A DNA stretch of 45,888 nt, from the NCBI GenBank assembly GCA_051418015.1, contig JBPRGF010000027.1, positions 1-45,888 on the forward strand, written 5' to 3'. Under the pieces are notes generated by a model. It was not told where the DNA came from, searched no databases, and saw only the letters and a list, made by a program, of their open reading frames with translations. This stretch comes from Candidatus Nitrospinota bacterium M3_3B_026. Its GTDB lineage: Bacteria; Nitrospinota_A; UBA7883; JBPRGF01. The position numbers and the translations under genes were made by a program. Shown piece by piece: positions 8,980-17,704 of the stretch (the first letter of the stretch is position 1; each line of letters opens with the position of its first letter).

Positions 8980-9876
8980 ATGGACAAGAACACGCTGTTG
9001 AACGAGTTTATCACCTACCTGCTCGTCGAGCGAAACAGGGCGAAGAACACCCTGAGAGCCTACCGGCGCGACGGGGCGCGTTTCCTGGACACCGTCGGCT
9101 TCAAGGGGCCGGACACGCTCGAGGCCCTTACCTCGACGGACATAACGGACTACATGAACGGCCTGCGCGCCGCGGGCCTTTCCTCCTCGTCGAGGGCGCG
9201 GGCGCTGGCGGCGGTCAAAGGTCTTTACCGGTTCCTCGTGGGCGAAAAGATAATACGGAACAACCCCGCCGAGGCGCTGCGCTCACCGAAGCTCGGACGG
9301 CCGATGCCGGGGGCGCTTTCGCTTGAGGACGTGGAAAAGCTCCTGGCCGCGCCGGGCCTCGATGACCCCGCCGGGCTGCGGGACAGCGCCATGCTGGAGG
9401 CGCTGTACGCCACGGGGTTGCGCGCATCGGAGCTTGTATCCTTGCGGATGAGCGACCTTAACGCGGAGATGGGGTTCGTCAAGGTCATGGGCAAAGGCTC
9501 CAGGGAGCGCGCCGTGCCGCTCGGCGAGACGGCCCTGGAGCGGATCAGGCTGTACACCGAGCGGGCAAGGCCGGCCCTGCTGAAAGGGAAGACGTCGGAT
9601 TACCTTTTCATCACCCGGCTCGGCGGGCCGATGACCAGGCAGGGGTTCTGGAAAATAGTCAAAAAACACGCCCGCGCAGCCGGGATCAGAAAAAAACCGA
9701 GCCCGCACTCACTGCGCCACTCCTTCGCCACGCATCTGCTGGAGAGGGGCGCGGACCTCCGCGCGGTGCAGGTGATGCTGGGGCATTCGGACATATCCAC
9801 GACGCAGGTATACACACACATAGCCACGGTCAGGATGAGACAGGTCTACGACAAGACGCACCCGAGGGCGACATGA
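8980..9876 (+). CDS. xerD: Site-specific tyrosine recombinase XerD
   Basis: LYATGLRASEL, GKGSRER, MTRQGFWK, SPHSLRHSFATHLL, LGHSDISTTQVYTH, C-terminal HPRA. Confidence 0.93.
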   Translation: MDKNTLLNEFITYLLVERNRAKNTLRAYRRDGARFLDTVGFKGPDTLEALTSTDITDYMNGLRAAGLSSSSRARALAAVKGLYRFLVGEKIIRNNPAEALRSPKLGRPMPGALSLEDVEKLLAAPGLDDPAGLRDSAMLEALYATGLRASELVSLRMSDLNAEMGFVKVMGKGSRERAVPLGETALERIRLYTERARPALLKGKTSDYLFITRLGGPMTRQGFWKIVKKHARAAGIRKKPSPHSLRHSFATHLLERGADLRAVQVMLGHSDISTTQVYTHIATVRMRQVYDKTHPRAT

Positions 9877-10160
9877 CAAAAGTCTTCGCCGCCGCGGCGC
9901 TGGCGGCGGCCTGGGCGGCGCTGGCGGTTCTGTTCATCACGCTGTGGCGCAGGCTCCGGCCGTTGAAAAAAGGTGGCGCGGCGGATGCGCGGGAGGAGCG
10001 GCGGCGCGCCATCGCCATGATAGCGAAGGCGCATTCCAGGCTGGGAAAGGACGCGGACAAGGCCGCCGGGCGGATCGAGGCGGCGGAGGAGGCTGACCCG
10101 AAAAAGCTGGCGGAGAAACTTCGCGCGTGGCTGAAGGAGGGGGAAGGTGATAAACTTTGA
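9873..10160 (+). CDS. Small single-TM membrane protein of unknown function
   Basis: 4-nt overlaps with xerD and the downstream acetyltransferase; N-terminal hydrophobic helix; C-terminal DPKKLAEKLRAWL. Confidence 0.7.
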   Translation: MTKVFAAAALAAAWAALAVLFITLWRRLRPLKKGGAADAREERRRAIAMIAKAHSRLGKDADKAAGRIEAAEEADPKKLAEKLRAWLKEGEGDKL

Positions 10161-10669
10161 AGATGAGCGAGGCCAGGACGGATACGGCGCATAACGAGAA
10201 ACCCCTGACGGGAGTGTTCCGCCCCGCCATCATAAAGGACGCCAGGGCGATCCAGTCGCTGGTGAAGATTTACGCCGACAGGGGGGAGATGCTCCCCCGC
10301 TCCATAAACGAGCTTTTCGAGACGATCCGGCAATACATCATCTACGAAGAGGAGGGAAAGACGCTGGGCGTGTGCGGGCTTCACATCGCCTGGGAGGACC
10401 TGGCGGAGATAAGGGCGCTGGCGGTCAATCCGGACAGCCGCGGCAGGGGAATAGGCGCGGCGCTTGCCCGGAAGGCCATCGATGAGGCCAGGCGGCTAGG
10501 AGTCCCAAAGGTCTTCACGCTGACCTACGTCCCCGGCTTTTTCAGGAAACTAGGCTTCGAGATCGTGGAGAAACAGGAGTTTCCCCACAAGATATGGAGC
10601 GAGTGCGTCCGCTGCCACAAGTTCCCCGACTGCGACGAGACGGGGATGATACTGAACGTCGGGGCCTGA
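10157..10669 (+). CDS. GNAT N-acetyltransferase (short ArgA/N-acetylglutamate synthase-like)
   Basis: YADRGEMLPRS, WEDLAEIRALAV, RGRGIG, VFTLTY..FF.KLGF, PHKIWSECVRC..FPDCDE. Confidence 0.88.
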   Translation: MKMSEARTDTAHNEKPLTGVFRPAIIKDARAIQSLVKIYADRGEMLPRSINELFETIRQYIIYEEEGKTLGVCGLHIAWEDLAEIRALAVNPDSRGRGIGAALARKAIDEARRLGVPKVFTLTYVPGFFRKLGFEIVEKQEFPHKIWSECVRCHKFPDCDETGMILNVGA

Positions 10670-10703
10670 CGAGCCCGGCGCGCCCGCTGATTTCCACAAG
10701 ATC

Positions 10704-12011
10704 ATGACCCACCACGAAAACACGGACAAAAAGCTTTTCACCATCACGATAGATGGGCTGGCCTATGGCGGCGCGGGCGTGGGACGGCGCGGCGGCAAGG
10801 TCGTCTTCATCCCGGGCGCCTACCCGGGCGATACCGTGCTGGCCCGTGTGGAAAAGGATAAAAAACGCCACGTGGAGGCCGGCCTCGTCCGGGTGGAAAA
10901 ACCGGGCCCGGTCAGGACGGATCCCGCGTGCCCCCACGCGGCGGACTGCGGCGGATGCCCCTGGATGGGCCTGTCCTATCCCGCGCAGCTCGAATGGAAA
11001 AGCAGGATCATCGAACAGCTGCTGGCCCGGATCGGCGGGATAGAGATCACCGCCGCCCCGGCGGAGCCATCCCCCCGCGAGCTTGGCTATCGGACAAGGG
11101 TGAAGATGAAAGCCGACTGCGGCGCGGGGACGGCGAGGATAGGGTACTACCGCCCCAGATCGCACGACCTTGTGGCCGTGGACTCCTGCCCCATCGCCAG
11201 CGGCGAGGTGAACGGCGCCCTCGCGGACGTCAGGAAATTCCTGGGCGCCGAGGGAGAGGCGGCGCGGGGGGTTTACGAGCTGGAGATATTCACCGGCGGT
11301 TGCGAAAACGAGGGGGCGGTCGTGGAGCTTCGGGTGAAAGGCGAGCCTCCGAAAGGTTTTCTGGAGCGCCTTGTAAAGTCATCCGAAAGGATTAAAGGCG
11401 CCGCGATGCGCCACGGGAAAAACTTCAGCGTCGAGGGCGATGTCGCCGTCGAGACGCCGACGATCGAAGATAAAAAACTGGTCTACTGGCCGGGAGTTTT
11501 CAGCCAGGTGAACGCGGACCAGAACCTGACCCTCGTGGAGACCGTCGCCAGGCTCTCGGGCCTTCTCACCGGGATGTCCGGCCTGGATCTTTTCTGCGGG
11601 ATGGGAAACTTCGCCCTTCCCCTGGCCATGCGCGGCGCGGCGATGACCGGGGTGGAGTCGAGCGCGGAGGCGGTGAGGGCCGCCGAGGCCAACCGTGACA
11701 GGCTGGGCGTCCTGACGGCCAGTTTCAGCAGGGCGGAAGCGGAGGAGGCGGCGCGGCGGATGGTCGAGAACGGTCTCGCTTTCGACACGGTGATAGCCGA
11801 TCCTCCCAGGGGCGGAATATACGATCTGCTCGACGCCGTGGCGGCGCTCGCGAAAAAGAGGATCGTCTATGTCTCGTGCGACCCGGCGTCACTCGCCCGG
11901 GACGCTAAAAGGCTGGCGCAGCTCGGCTTCCCGCTGAAGGTGGTTGAGCCGGTGGACATGTTCCCTCAGACGTCCCACATAGAAGCGGTGGCTCTTTTCG
12001 AAAGAGCCTGA
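10704..12011 (+). CDS. rlmD: 23S rRNA (uracil-5)-methyltransferase, RlmD/TrmA family
   Basis: TRAM domain, CPH...CGGC Fe-S motif, [36 protein letters not shown]. Confidence 0.88.
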   Translation: MTHHENTDKKLFTITIDGLAYGGAGVGRRGGKVVFIPGAYPGDTVLARVEKDKKRHVEAGLVRVEKPGPVRTDPACPHAADCGGCPWMGLSYPAQLEWKSRIIEQLLARIGGIEITAAPAEPSPRELGYRTRVKMKADCGAGTARIGYYRPRSHDLVAVDSCPIASGEVNGALADVRKFLGAEGEAARGVYELEIFTGGCENEGAVVELRVKGEPPKGFLERLVKSSERIKGAAMRHGKNFSVEGDVAVETPTIEDKKLVYWPGVFSQVNADQNLTLVETVARLSGLLTGMSGLDLFCGMGNFALPLAMRGAAMTGVESSAEAVRAAEANRDRLGVLTASFSRAEAEEAARRMVENGLAFDTVIADPPRGGIYDLLDAVAALAKKRIVYVSCDPASLARDAKRLAQLGFPLKVVEPVDMFPQTSHIEAVALFERA

Positions 12012-12102
12012 CCTTCGCCTGAAGCCGGCTCCCGGGCTCGATTTCTCCCGGCGCGCTGTGGTAATCTCCCCGGATTCGAACGGGGACGCGAATGGGAAGG
12101 CT

Positions 12103-13458
12103 ATGGAAATATTACGCCTTGTAGACTCATACGTCTGGGGCCTGCCTCTCATCCTGCTGCTTCTGGGGACGGGGCTTTACCTCACGGTGGTCCTGCGGGG
12201 CCTGCAGTTCACCTGGCTTGCGCCCGCGCTCTACCTTGCGCTCGTGAAACGCTCCGAAAAGGACGCGAAAGGCGACATATCCCATTTCCAGGCGCTGATG
12301 ACCGCCCTCTCCGCCACCGTGGGGACCGGCAACATAGCCGGGGTGGCCACCGCCATCGCCGTGGGCGGGCCGGGCGCCGTCTTCTGGATGTGGGTGACGG
12401 GCCTTGTGGGCATGGCCACGAAATACGCAGAGGCCGTCCTGGCGGTGAAATACCGCTATGTGGACGAGCGGGGGAACATGGTCGGCGGCCCTATGGTCTA
12501 CATCAGCGCCATAGGTCCCGGCCGGGCGTGGAAATATCTCGCCGGCGCCTTCGCCGTCTTCGCCGCGCTGGCCTCCTTCGGGATAGGGAACATGACCCAG
12601 GCCAACTCCGTCGCCGACGCGCTCCAGCGATCTTTCAACGTCCCTCCCCTGGCATCCGGGCTGGTCTTCGCCGCGCTGACGGGGCTGGTGATCCTCGGCG
12701 GGGTGAAGTGGATCGGCAGGGTGGCCTCCGTCATCGTCCCGGTCATGATTTTTTTCTACTGCGGCGCGGCGCTGTGGATAATAGCCTCCCGCGCAGGGGA
12801 CGTCCCGGAGGCGCTGGGGCTGATCTTCCGCCACGCCCTCTCCCCCACGGCGGCCACGGGCGGGTTCGCCGGGGCCACGGTCTGGCTCACGTTGAGGATG
12901 GGCGTGGCCAGGGGCATATTCTCGAACGAGTCGGGGCTTGGCTCCTCGCCCATCGCCGCCGCGGCGGCAAGGACAAAAAACCCCGTCGCCCAGGCGCTGG
13001 TCTCCATGACCCAGACCTTCATCGACACGCTGGTCGTCTGCACGATGACGGCGCTGGTGATCCTGCTTTCGGGAGCGTGGGAGGACGGGATCAACGGCGC
13101 GCCGCTGACGGCGGAGGCGTTTTCCCGCGCGCTGCCGGGCGAGTGGGGCGGGATGATCGTCTCCCTGGGGCTTGTCTTTTTCGCCTATTCCACGATGCTG
13201 GGATGGAGCTATTACGGCGAGCGGGCGCTCGAGTCGATCCTGGGTGTGGGGGTGATAGTCCCATACCGGGCTCTTTTCGTGACGCTCATAGTGGCGGGGG
13301 CCGTCGCCAGGCTGGAGGTGGTATGGACCTTCTCAGACATCATGAACGGGCTGATGGCGTTCCCGAACCTCGTTGCTCTCGCGGCGCTCGCGCCGGTGGT
13401 TGCCTCCGAAACAAAAAGATATCTCGCCGCCCACACGGGCGGAAGACGGGAGTTTTAG
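12103..13458 (+). CDS. Sodium:alanine/glycine symporter (AGCS family)
   Basis: [53 protein letters not shown]. Confidence 0.93.
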   Translation: MEILRLVDSYVWGLPLILLLLGTGLYLTVVLRGLQFTWLAPALYLALVKRSEKDAKGDISHFQALMTALSATVGTGNIAGVATAIAVGGPGAVFWMWVTGLVGMATKYAEAVLAVKYRYVDERGNMVGGPMVYISAIGPGRAWKYLAGAFAVFAALASFGIGNMTQANSVADALQRSFNVPPLASGLVFAALTGLVILGGVKWIGRVASVIVPVMIFFYCGAALWIIASRAGDVPEALGLIFRHALSPTAATGGFAGATVWLTLRMGVARGIFSNESGLGSSPIAAAAARTKNPVAQALVSMTQTFIDTLVVCTMTALVILLSGAWEDGINGAPLTAEAFSRALPGEWGGMIVSLGLVFFAYSTMLGWSYYGERALESILGVGVIVPYRALFVTLIVAGAVARLEVVWTFSDIMNGLMAFPNLVALAALAPVVASETKRYLAAHTGGRREF

Positions 13459-13607
13459 GGGGATGCCGTCCCACAGTGTTACACAGCATGAACGATTCCC
13501 CGGCGCGGGCCGCGGCGTTGTGTTCCCCTGACGGGGTAATTTCGTTTGACACGGGGCGTGGGGGGAGAGAAAATTAAAGTATAATAAAAGCTTACAGGGT
13601 TCAAGTT

Positions 13608-14522
13608 ATGCTAGTCGACAAGTTCAACAGGGCGGTCGACCTTATAAACATAGAGGCAAGCGGGGCCTGCCAGTACAGCTGCTCGCACTGCTCCACAGCC
13701 GGGACGCCCGGCGGGGGGCCGTTGCTCGAAACTTCCCGCCTGATCCGTTTCATGAAAACGATGTCCCTTCTCGGCATGAGACGGGCGAGGCTGATAGGCG
13801 GCGAGCCTCTGCTCCGGCCGGACATCGTGGAGCTTGTGGGCGAGCTTTCGTCCATAAGGACGCTTTCCGTCTCCCTGTCCACGAACGGGGCGCTCCTTGC
13901 GCCGATCGCCGGGAAGCTTGGCGGGACGGCCCTGGACAGGATTTTCGTGGCGCTCCCCTCGCTGGACGCGGCCCTTTACGGCCGGATCACGGGCCACAAC
14001 GGGCTGGAAAAGGCCATCGCCGGGCTGGATGCGATGAAGGCGTTCTCCGGCGCCGCCACGACGGTGAAGATGACCATCCTGCCGGGTGTGAACGACCACG
14101 AGATAGAGAGGATGGTGGAATGGGCCGTCGCCCGGGGCTTCGACATATACCTAGTGGAGGGCTTTTCGCCGGAAGGCGCCGCGGAGAGGCTGACGATGGG
14201 GGAAATAGTGGAACGCCTCGGGAAGATGCGCGCCATGACAAGGATGGAGGGCGTGGCCGTCACCAACAACCCCTGGAAGGTGGACGGGACCGGCTCTATC
14301 GTAAAGATCGTCACAGCCGAGACCAAAAAAGAATGCGAGACCTGCAACCGCCTCTGGCTGTCCGCGGCGGGGAAGCTTTCGCTCTGCTCGATTTTCCCCG
14401 AGCCGCTGGACCTGAACGAGCTTTTCGACGACGACCCTTCCGACGAAGACCTCGCCCGGTTCGCCGCCATGATCCCCCTGAACAAGCCGAGGGGCCCCCG
14501 GGAGCGCATGGCGCCACGCTGA
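13608..14522 (+). CDS. Divergent MoaA-like radical SAM protein
   Basis: LVDKFNR N-terminus, CQYSCSHC (CxxxCxxC), GGEPLLR, STNG, PGVND.EI, auxiliary-cluster motif CETCNRL..SAAGKL.LC; lacks the C-terminal GG. Confidence 0.8.
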   Translation: MLVDKFNRAVDLINIEASGACQYSCSHCSTAGTPGGGPLLETSRLIRFMKTMSLLGMRRARLIGGEPLLRPDIVELVGELSSIRTLSVSLSTNGALLAPIAGKLGGTALDRIFVALPSLDAALYGRITGHNGLEKAIAGLDAMKAFSGAATTVKMTILPGVNDHEIERMVEWAVARGFDIYLVEGFSPEGAAERLTMGEIVERLGKMRAMTRMEGVAVTNNPWKVDGTGSIVKIVTAETKKECETCNRLWLSAAGKLSLCSIFPEPLDLNELFDDDPSDEDLARFAAMIPLNKPRGPRERMAPR

Positions 14523-14579
14523 CGCTGAAACTTCACCCGCCACGCCGCGCCCCGCGGAGAACATGGCTTGCCTTCCACG

Positions 14580-14608
14580 TTGAACAGTCCCTTGAAATGG
14601 CTTAGATT
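14580..14608 (+). promoter_or_regulatory. Putative sigma70 promoter giving a leaderless dusB mRNA
   Basis: TTGAAC-N17-TAGATT, then 6 nt, then the ATG at 14615. Confidence 0.5.
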
Positions 14609-14614
14609 GGACCC

Positions 14615-15631
14615 ATGGAAACAGGTGGAATCCCGCTGAAGTCGCAGGCGCTGATGGCCCCCATCGCGGGGATAACGGACCTGCCTTGGCGGAGGATCGT
14701 CATGGAATACGGCGCGGGGATGGCGTTCTCGGAGCTGATAAGCGCCAACGCCCTGGTCCGTGACTCGAAAAAAACTCTAGGGATGCTCCCGGGGAAAGAT
14801 GAGCCACGGCCCGTGGCGGCCCAGATATTCGGAGGCGACGCGGAGATCGTCAGAGACGCCGCCCTTATCGCGGAAGAGCATGGCGGGGCCGACATCATGG
14901 ACATAAACTTCGGCTGCCCCGTCAAGAAGGTTGTCAAGACCGGCGCCGGCGCGGCGGCGCTCAAGGACATCCGCAAGGCCGAGCGCGTGGTAAGAGAGGT
15001 GGCGCGGGCGGTAAAAAAACCGGTGACGGTGAAGACAAGGATCGGCTGGGACAAAAACTCGATCATCGCCGCCGACTTCGTGAAAGCCATGGAAGCCGCG
15101 GGCGCCGCCGCGGTGACGCTCCACGGCAGGACGGCGGCGCAGGGGTACTCGGGCGAGGCGGACTGGGATGTGATATCGAAGGCGGCCTCGTCCGTGGCCA
15201 TACCGGTGATCGGCAACGGGGACATAGACTCGCCCGAAAAGGCCCTCCACAGGCTCAAAACCTCCGGCTGCCGGCTCATCATGATCGGGCGCGGCGCGCT
15301 GGGGCGGCCATGGATATTCCGCCAGATAAAAGAGCTTCTGGCCGCGGGCTCATACTCGCCGGTCTCCGCGCAGGAGCGCGCGGAGGTCATCCTCCGCCAT
15401 CTGGGGATGATGGTGGAGTTCCACGGCGAAAAATCCAGTGTAAAAAAGTTCCGCGCCCACATGGCCTATTACTCCAGGGGGCTTCCCGGGGCCACGAGGC
15501 TTCGCGCCGCCGTTAACGGGGCGGAGTCCGCCGCGGCCGCTGAAAGGATTGTGGCGGAGTTTTTCGGCCGCGGAGCGCGGGCGGGAATGGGGAACGAAAA
15601 CAGCCAGGAGCCCGCCGGAACCCCAGGATGA
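14615..15631 (+). CDS. dusB: tRNA-dihydrouridine synthase B
   Basis: APIAGITD, DINFGCP, GAGAAAL, VTVKTRIGWD, HGRT, PVIGNGDI, MIGRGALGRPWIF. Confidence 0.92.
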   Translation: METGGIPLKSQALMAPIAGITDLPWRRIVMEYGAGMAFSELISANALVRDSKKTLGMLPGKDEPRPVAAQIFGGDAEIVRDAALIAEEHGGADIMDINFGCPVKKVVKTGAGAAALKDIRKAERVVREVARAVKKPVTVKTRIGWDKNSIIAADFVKAMEAAGAAAVTLHGRTAAQGYSGEADWDVISKAASSVAIPVIGNGDIDSPEKALHRLKTSGCRLIMIGRGALGRPWIFRQIKELLAAGSYSPVSAQERAEVILRHLGMMVEFHGEKSSVKKFRAHMAYYSRGLPGATRLRAAVNGAESAAAAERIVAEFFGRGARAGMGNENSQEPAGTPG

Positions 15632-15641
15632 GAGGGGGGGC

Positions 15642-15947
15642 ATGAGAATAATCCTGATCCTGCTCGCCGCCCTGCTCGCTTTCTATGTATACTTTGTAGG
15701 GTACGCGGCATGGTTTTTCTTCCTGCAGGGGCAGGCGAGATGGGCCAGGGCGGCGGCGTTCACGCTGCTTGCCCTGCTTGTCCCGCTGATCCCGGCGGCG
15801 GCGTGGGTGAGATTCCGGACGGGAGGCGTTCTGACGGGACCAAGGCCGAGGCGGCAGGCGAGAAGCCTGGAAGAGATCATGGCGGAGCACAAGGCGCCGG
15901 AGCCAGGCCGGGAGGGAGAGGAAAAGGACGAAACGGGCCGGACTTGA
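15642..15947 (+). CDS. Small hypothetical membrane protein (2 predicted TM helices)
   Basis: G-rich SD-like sequence before ATG 15642; two hydrophobic stretches; fills the dusB-PMM gap. Confidence 0.6.
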   Translation: MRIILILLAALLAFYVYFVGYAAWFFFLQGQARWARAAAFTLLALLVPLIPAAAWVRFRTGGVLTGPRPRRQARSLEEIMAEHKAPEPGREGEEKDETGRT

Positions 15948-15972
15948 AAATCATTTAGATCATGGGAGCCAG

Positions 15973-17343
15973 ATGAATAGAAACATCTTCAGGGAATACG
16001 ACGTTCGGGGAGTCGTGGAAAAAGACCTTACCGGCGAGGTGGTGGAGACGCTGGGGAAAGCTTTCGGGACCACCGTCCGCCGTAACGGGGGGAAAAAAGT
16101 CTCGGTGGGAATGGACGCCAGGAAATCATCCCCGGCGCTTTTCGAGAGCCTTTCGAAGGGGATCACCTCGGCGGGCGTCGACGTGATGAACATCGGCCTC
16201 GTCCCCACCCCGCTGATGTACTACTCGATATTCCACCTTGAAACCGACGGCGGCGTCATGATAACGGGCTCGCACAATCCGCCGGAGTTCAACGGATTCA
16301 AGCTGAACCTGGGGACCGACTCCATCCACGGCGCTGGCATACAGGCCCTGGCCGACCTTATAGAAAATGAGGATTACGAGACCGGCGAGGGGACGGTGAC
16401 GGATATCGACGTCATCGAGGACTACATCGCCATGGTCAAGGACAAGGTGAAGCTTGAACGCCCACTGAAGATAGTCATCGACGCCGGCAACGGCTGCGGC
16501 GGAATATTCGCCCCGCGGCTTATGCGAGAGCTCGGCTGCGACGTGACGGAGCTTTTCTGCGAAGTGGACGGGACTTTCCCGAACCACCACCCCGACCCCA
16601 CCATCCCGGAGAACTTGAAAGACCTCATCGCCAAGGTGATCGAGACCGGCGCGGAGGCGGGGTTCGCCTACGACGGCGACGCGGACAGGATCGGCGTGGT
16701 GGACGAGAAAGGGGGGATACTCTTCGGCGACCAGCTTATGATGATCTTCGCCCGCGACATATTGAAGCGCAAGCCCGGCGCGGCGATAGTCTACGACGTC
16801 AAGTGCTCCCAGAACCTCGAGGACGACATAAGAAATCACGGCGGGCGGCCCGTCATAAACCCCACCGGGCACTCGCTGATCAAGGCGAGGCTGAAAAAGG
16901 AAAACGCCGAGCTGGCCGGGGAGATGAGCGCGCACATATTCTTCAAGGATGGCTACTACGGCTACGACGACGCGATCTTCGCCACGGCCAGGTTCGCGAG
17001 GATCATGTCCGAAAGCGACACGAAAGTTTCCGGAATGCTCGCCGACGTCCCAAAGGTTTACAACACGCCGGAGATACGGGTGGACTGCCCGGACGACGTC
17101 AAGTTCGAGCTGATAAAGGACATAACCGCCTGGTTCAAGGGCCAGGGGCTGAAGGTCGTGGATATCGACGGCGCGCGGGTCGTCTTCGAGGACGGGTGGG
17201 GGCTGATCCGGGCGTCGAACACCCAGCCGGTGCTGGTCCTCCGGTTCGAGGCCAAAAGCGAGAAGCGGCTGGAGGAGATAAAGGAGATGTTCCACGAGAA
17301 GCTTTCGGCCTACCCGTCACAAAAGGGGATGGCCGGATTCTAA
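15973..17343 (+). CDS. Phosphomannomutase/phosphoglucomutase (AlgC-like)
   Basis: IFREYDVRG, phosphoserine loop TGSHNP, metal loop DGDADR, sugar loop GEMSAH, RASNTQP. Confidence 0.95.
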   Translation: MNRNIFREYDVRGVVEKDLTGEVVETLGKAFGTTVRRNGGKKVSVGMDARKSSPALFESLSKGITSAGVDVMNIGLVPTPLMYYSIFHLETDGGVMITGSHNPPEFNGFKLNLGTDSIHGAGIQALADLIENEDYETGEGTVTDIDVIEDYIAMVKDKVKLERPLKIVIDAGNGCGGIFAPRLMRELGCDVTELFCEVDGTFPNHHPDPTIPENLKDLIAKVIETGAEAGFAYDGDADRIGVVDEKGGILFGDQLMMIFARDILKRKPGAAIVYDVKCSQNLEDDIRNHGGRPVINPTGHSLIKARLKKENAELAGEMSAHIFFKDGYYGYDDAIFATARFARIMSESDTKVSGMLADVPKVYNTPEIRVDCPDDVKFELIKDITAWFKGQGLKVVDIDGARVVFEDGWGLIRASNTQPVLVLRFEAKSEKRLEEIKEMFHEKLSAYPSQKGMAGF

Positions 17344-17427
17344 CCCCTGTTTTCCCTGATACGTGGTTTGAACACAGGCCAGAACGTCGTAAAACATGGT
17401 CATCGATAAAAACATCCTCACACTTGA

Positions 17428-17575
17428 ATGGGGGGATAAAGGTGGGGGTGATTTGAAAATTACAATACCCCCTCCCCTCAATCCCCTCCCGCCGGGGGAG
17501 GGCATGATTGTGGCCGCCGTGGGGGCGGGCGGGCTTCGGACCACCACCTCAAAACCCCTCCCGCCGGGGGAGGGG
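17428..17575. repeat. Cluster of CCCCTCCC...GGGGGAGGG palindromic REP-like elements
   Basis: cccctcccgccgggggaggg occurs identically at 17483-17502 and 17555-17574; a degenerate inverted G-rich partner lies at ~17428-17450. Confidence 0.8.
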
Positions 17576-17704
17576 ATAATAGACAAGCTTATCCGGGAAT
17601 CGAGGACTCCAGCCGCGAGCGCGTCAGACAGGACTTGCGGTTTCCCGCCGGGCTGGACGTTGTCCGGCTTCGCCCCGGCGCGATACGCCGTCACGGAGTA
17701 AGTC

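Noticed and set aside
8980..9876. Tyrosine recombinase as the integrase of a mobile element
   Set aside because: Length, motifs (TRQGFW, terminal HPRA) and context fit chromosomal XerD; no att sites or cargo are seen.
12012..12102. Glycine riboswitch upstream of the AGCS symporter
   Set aside because: Short spacer lacking the GGAGA...CCGAAG...CTCTCAGG motifs.
17396..17701. 101-aa ORF upstream of mrdA or an mreD remnant
   Set aside because: Largely a translation of palindromic repeats (PLPPGEG twice); no hydrophobic MreD-like pattern.
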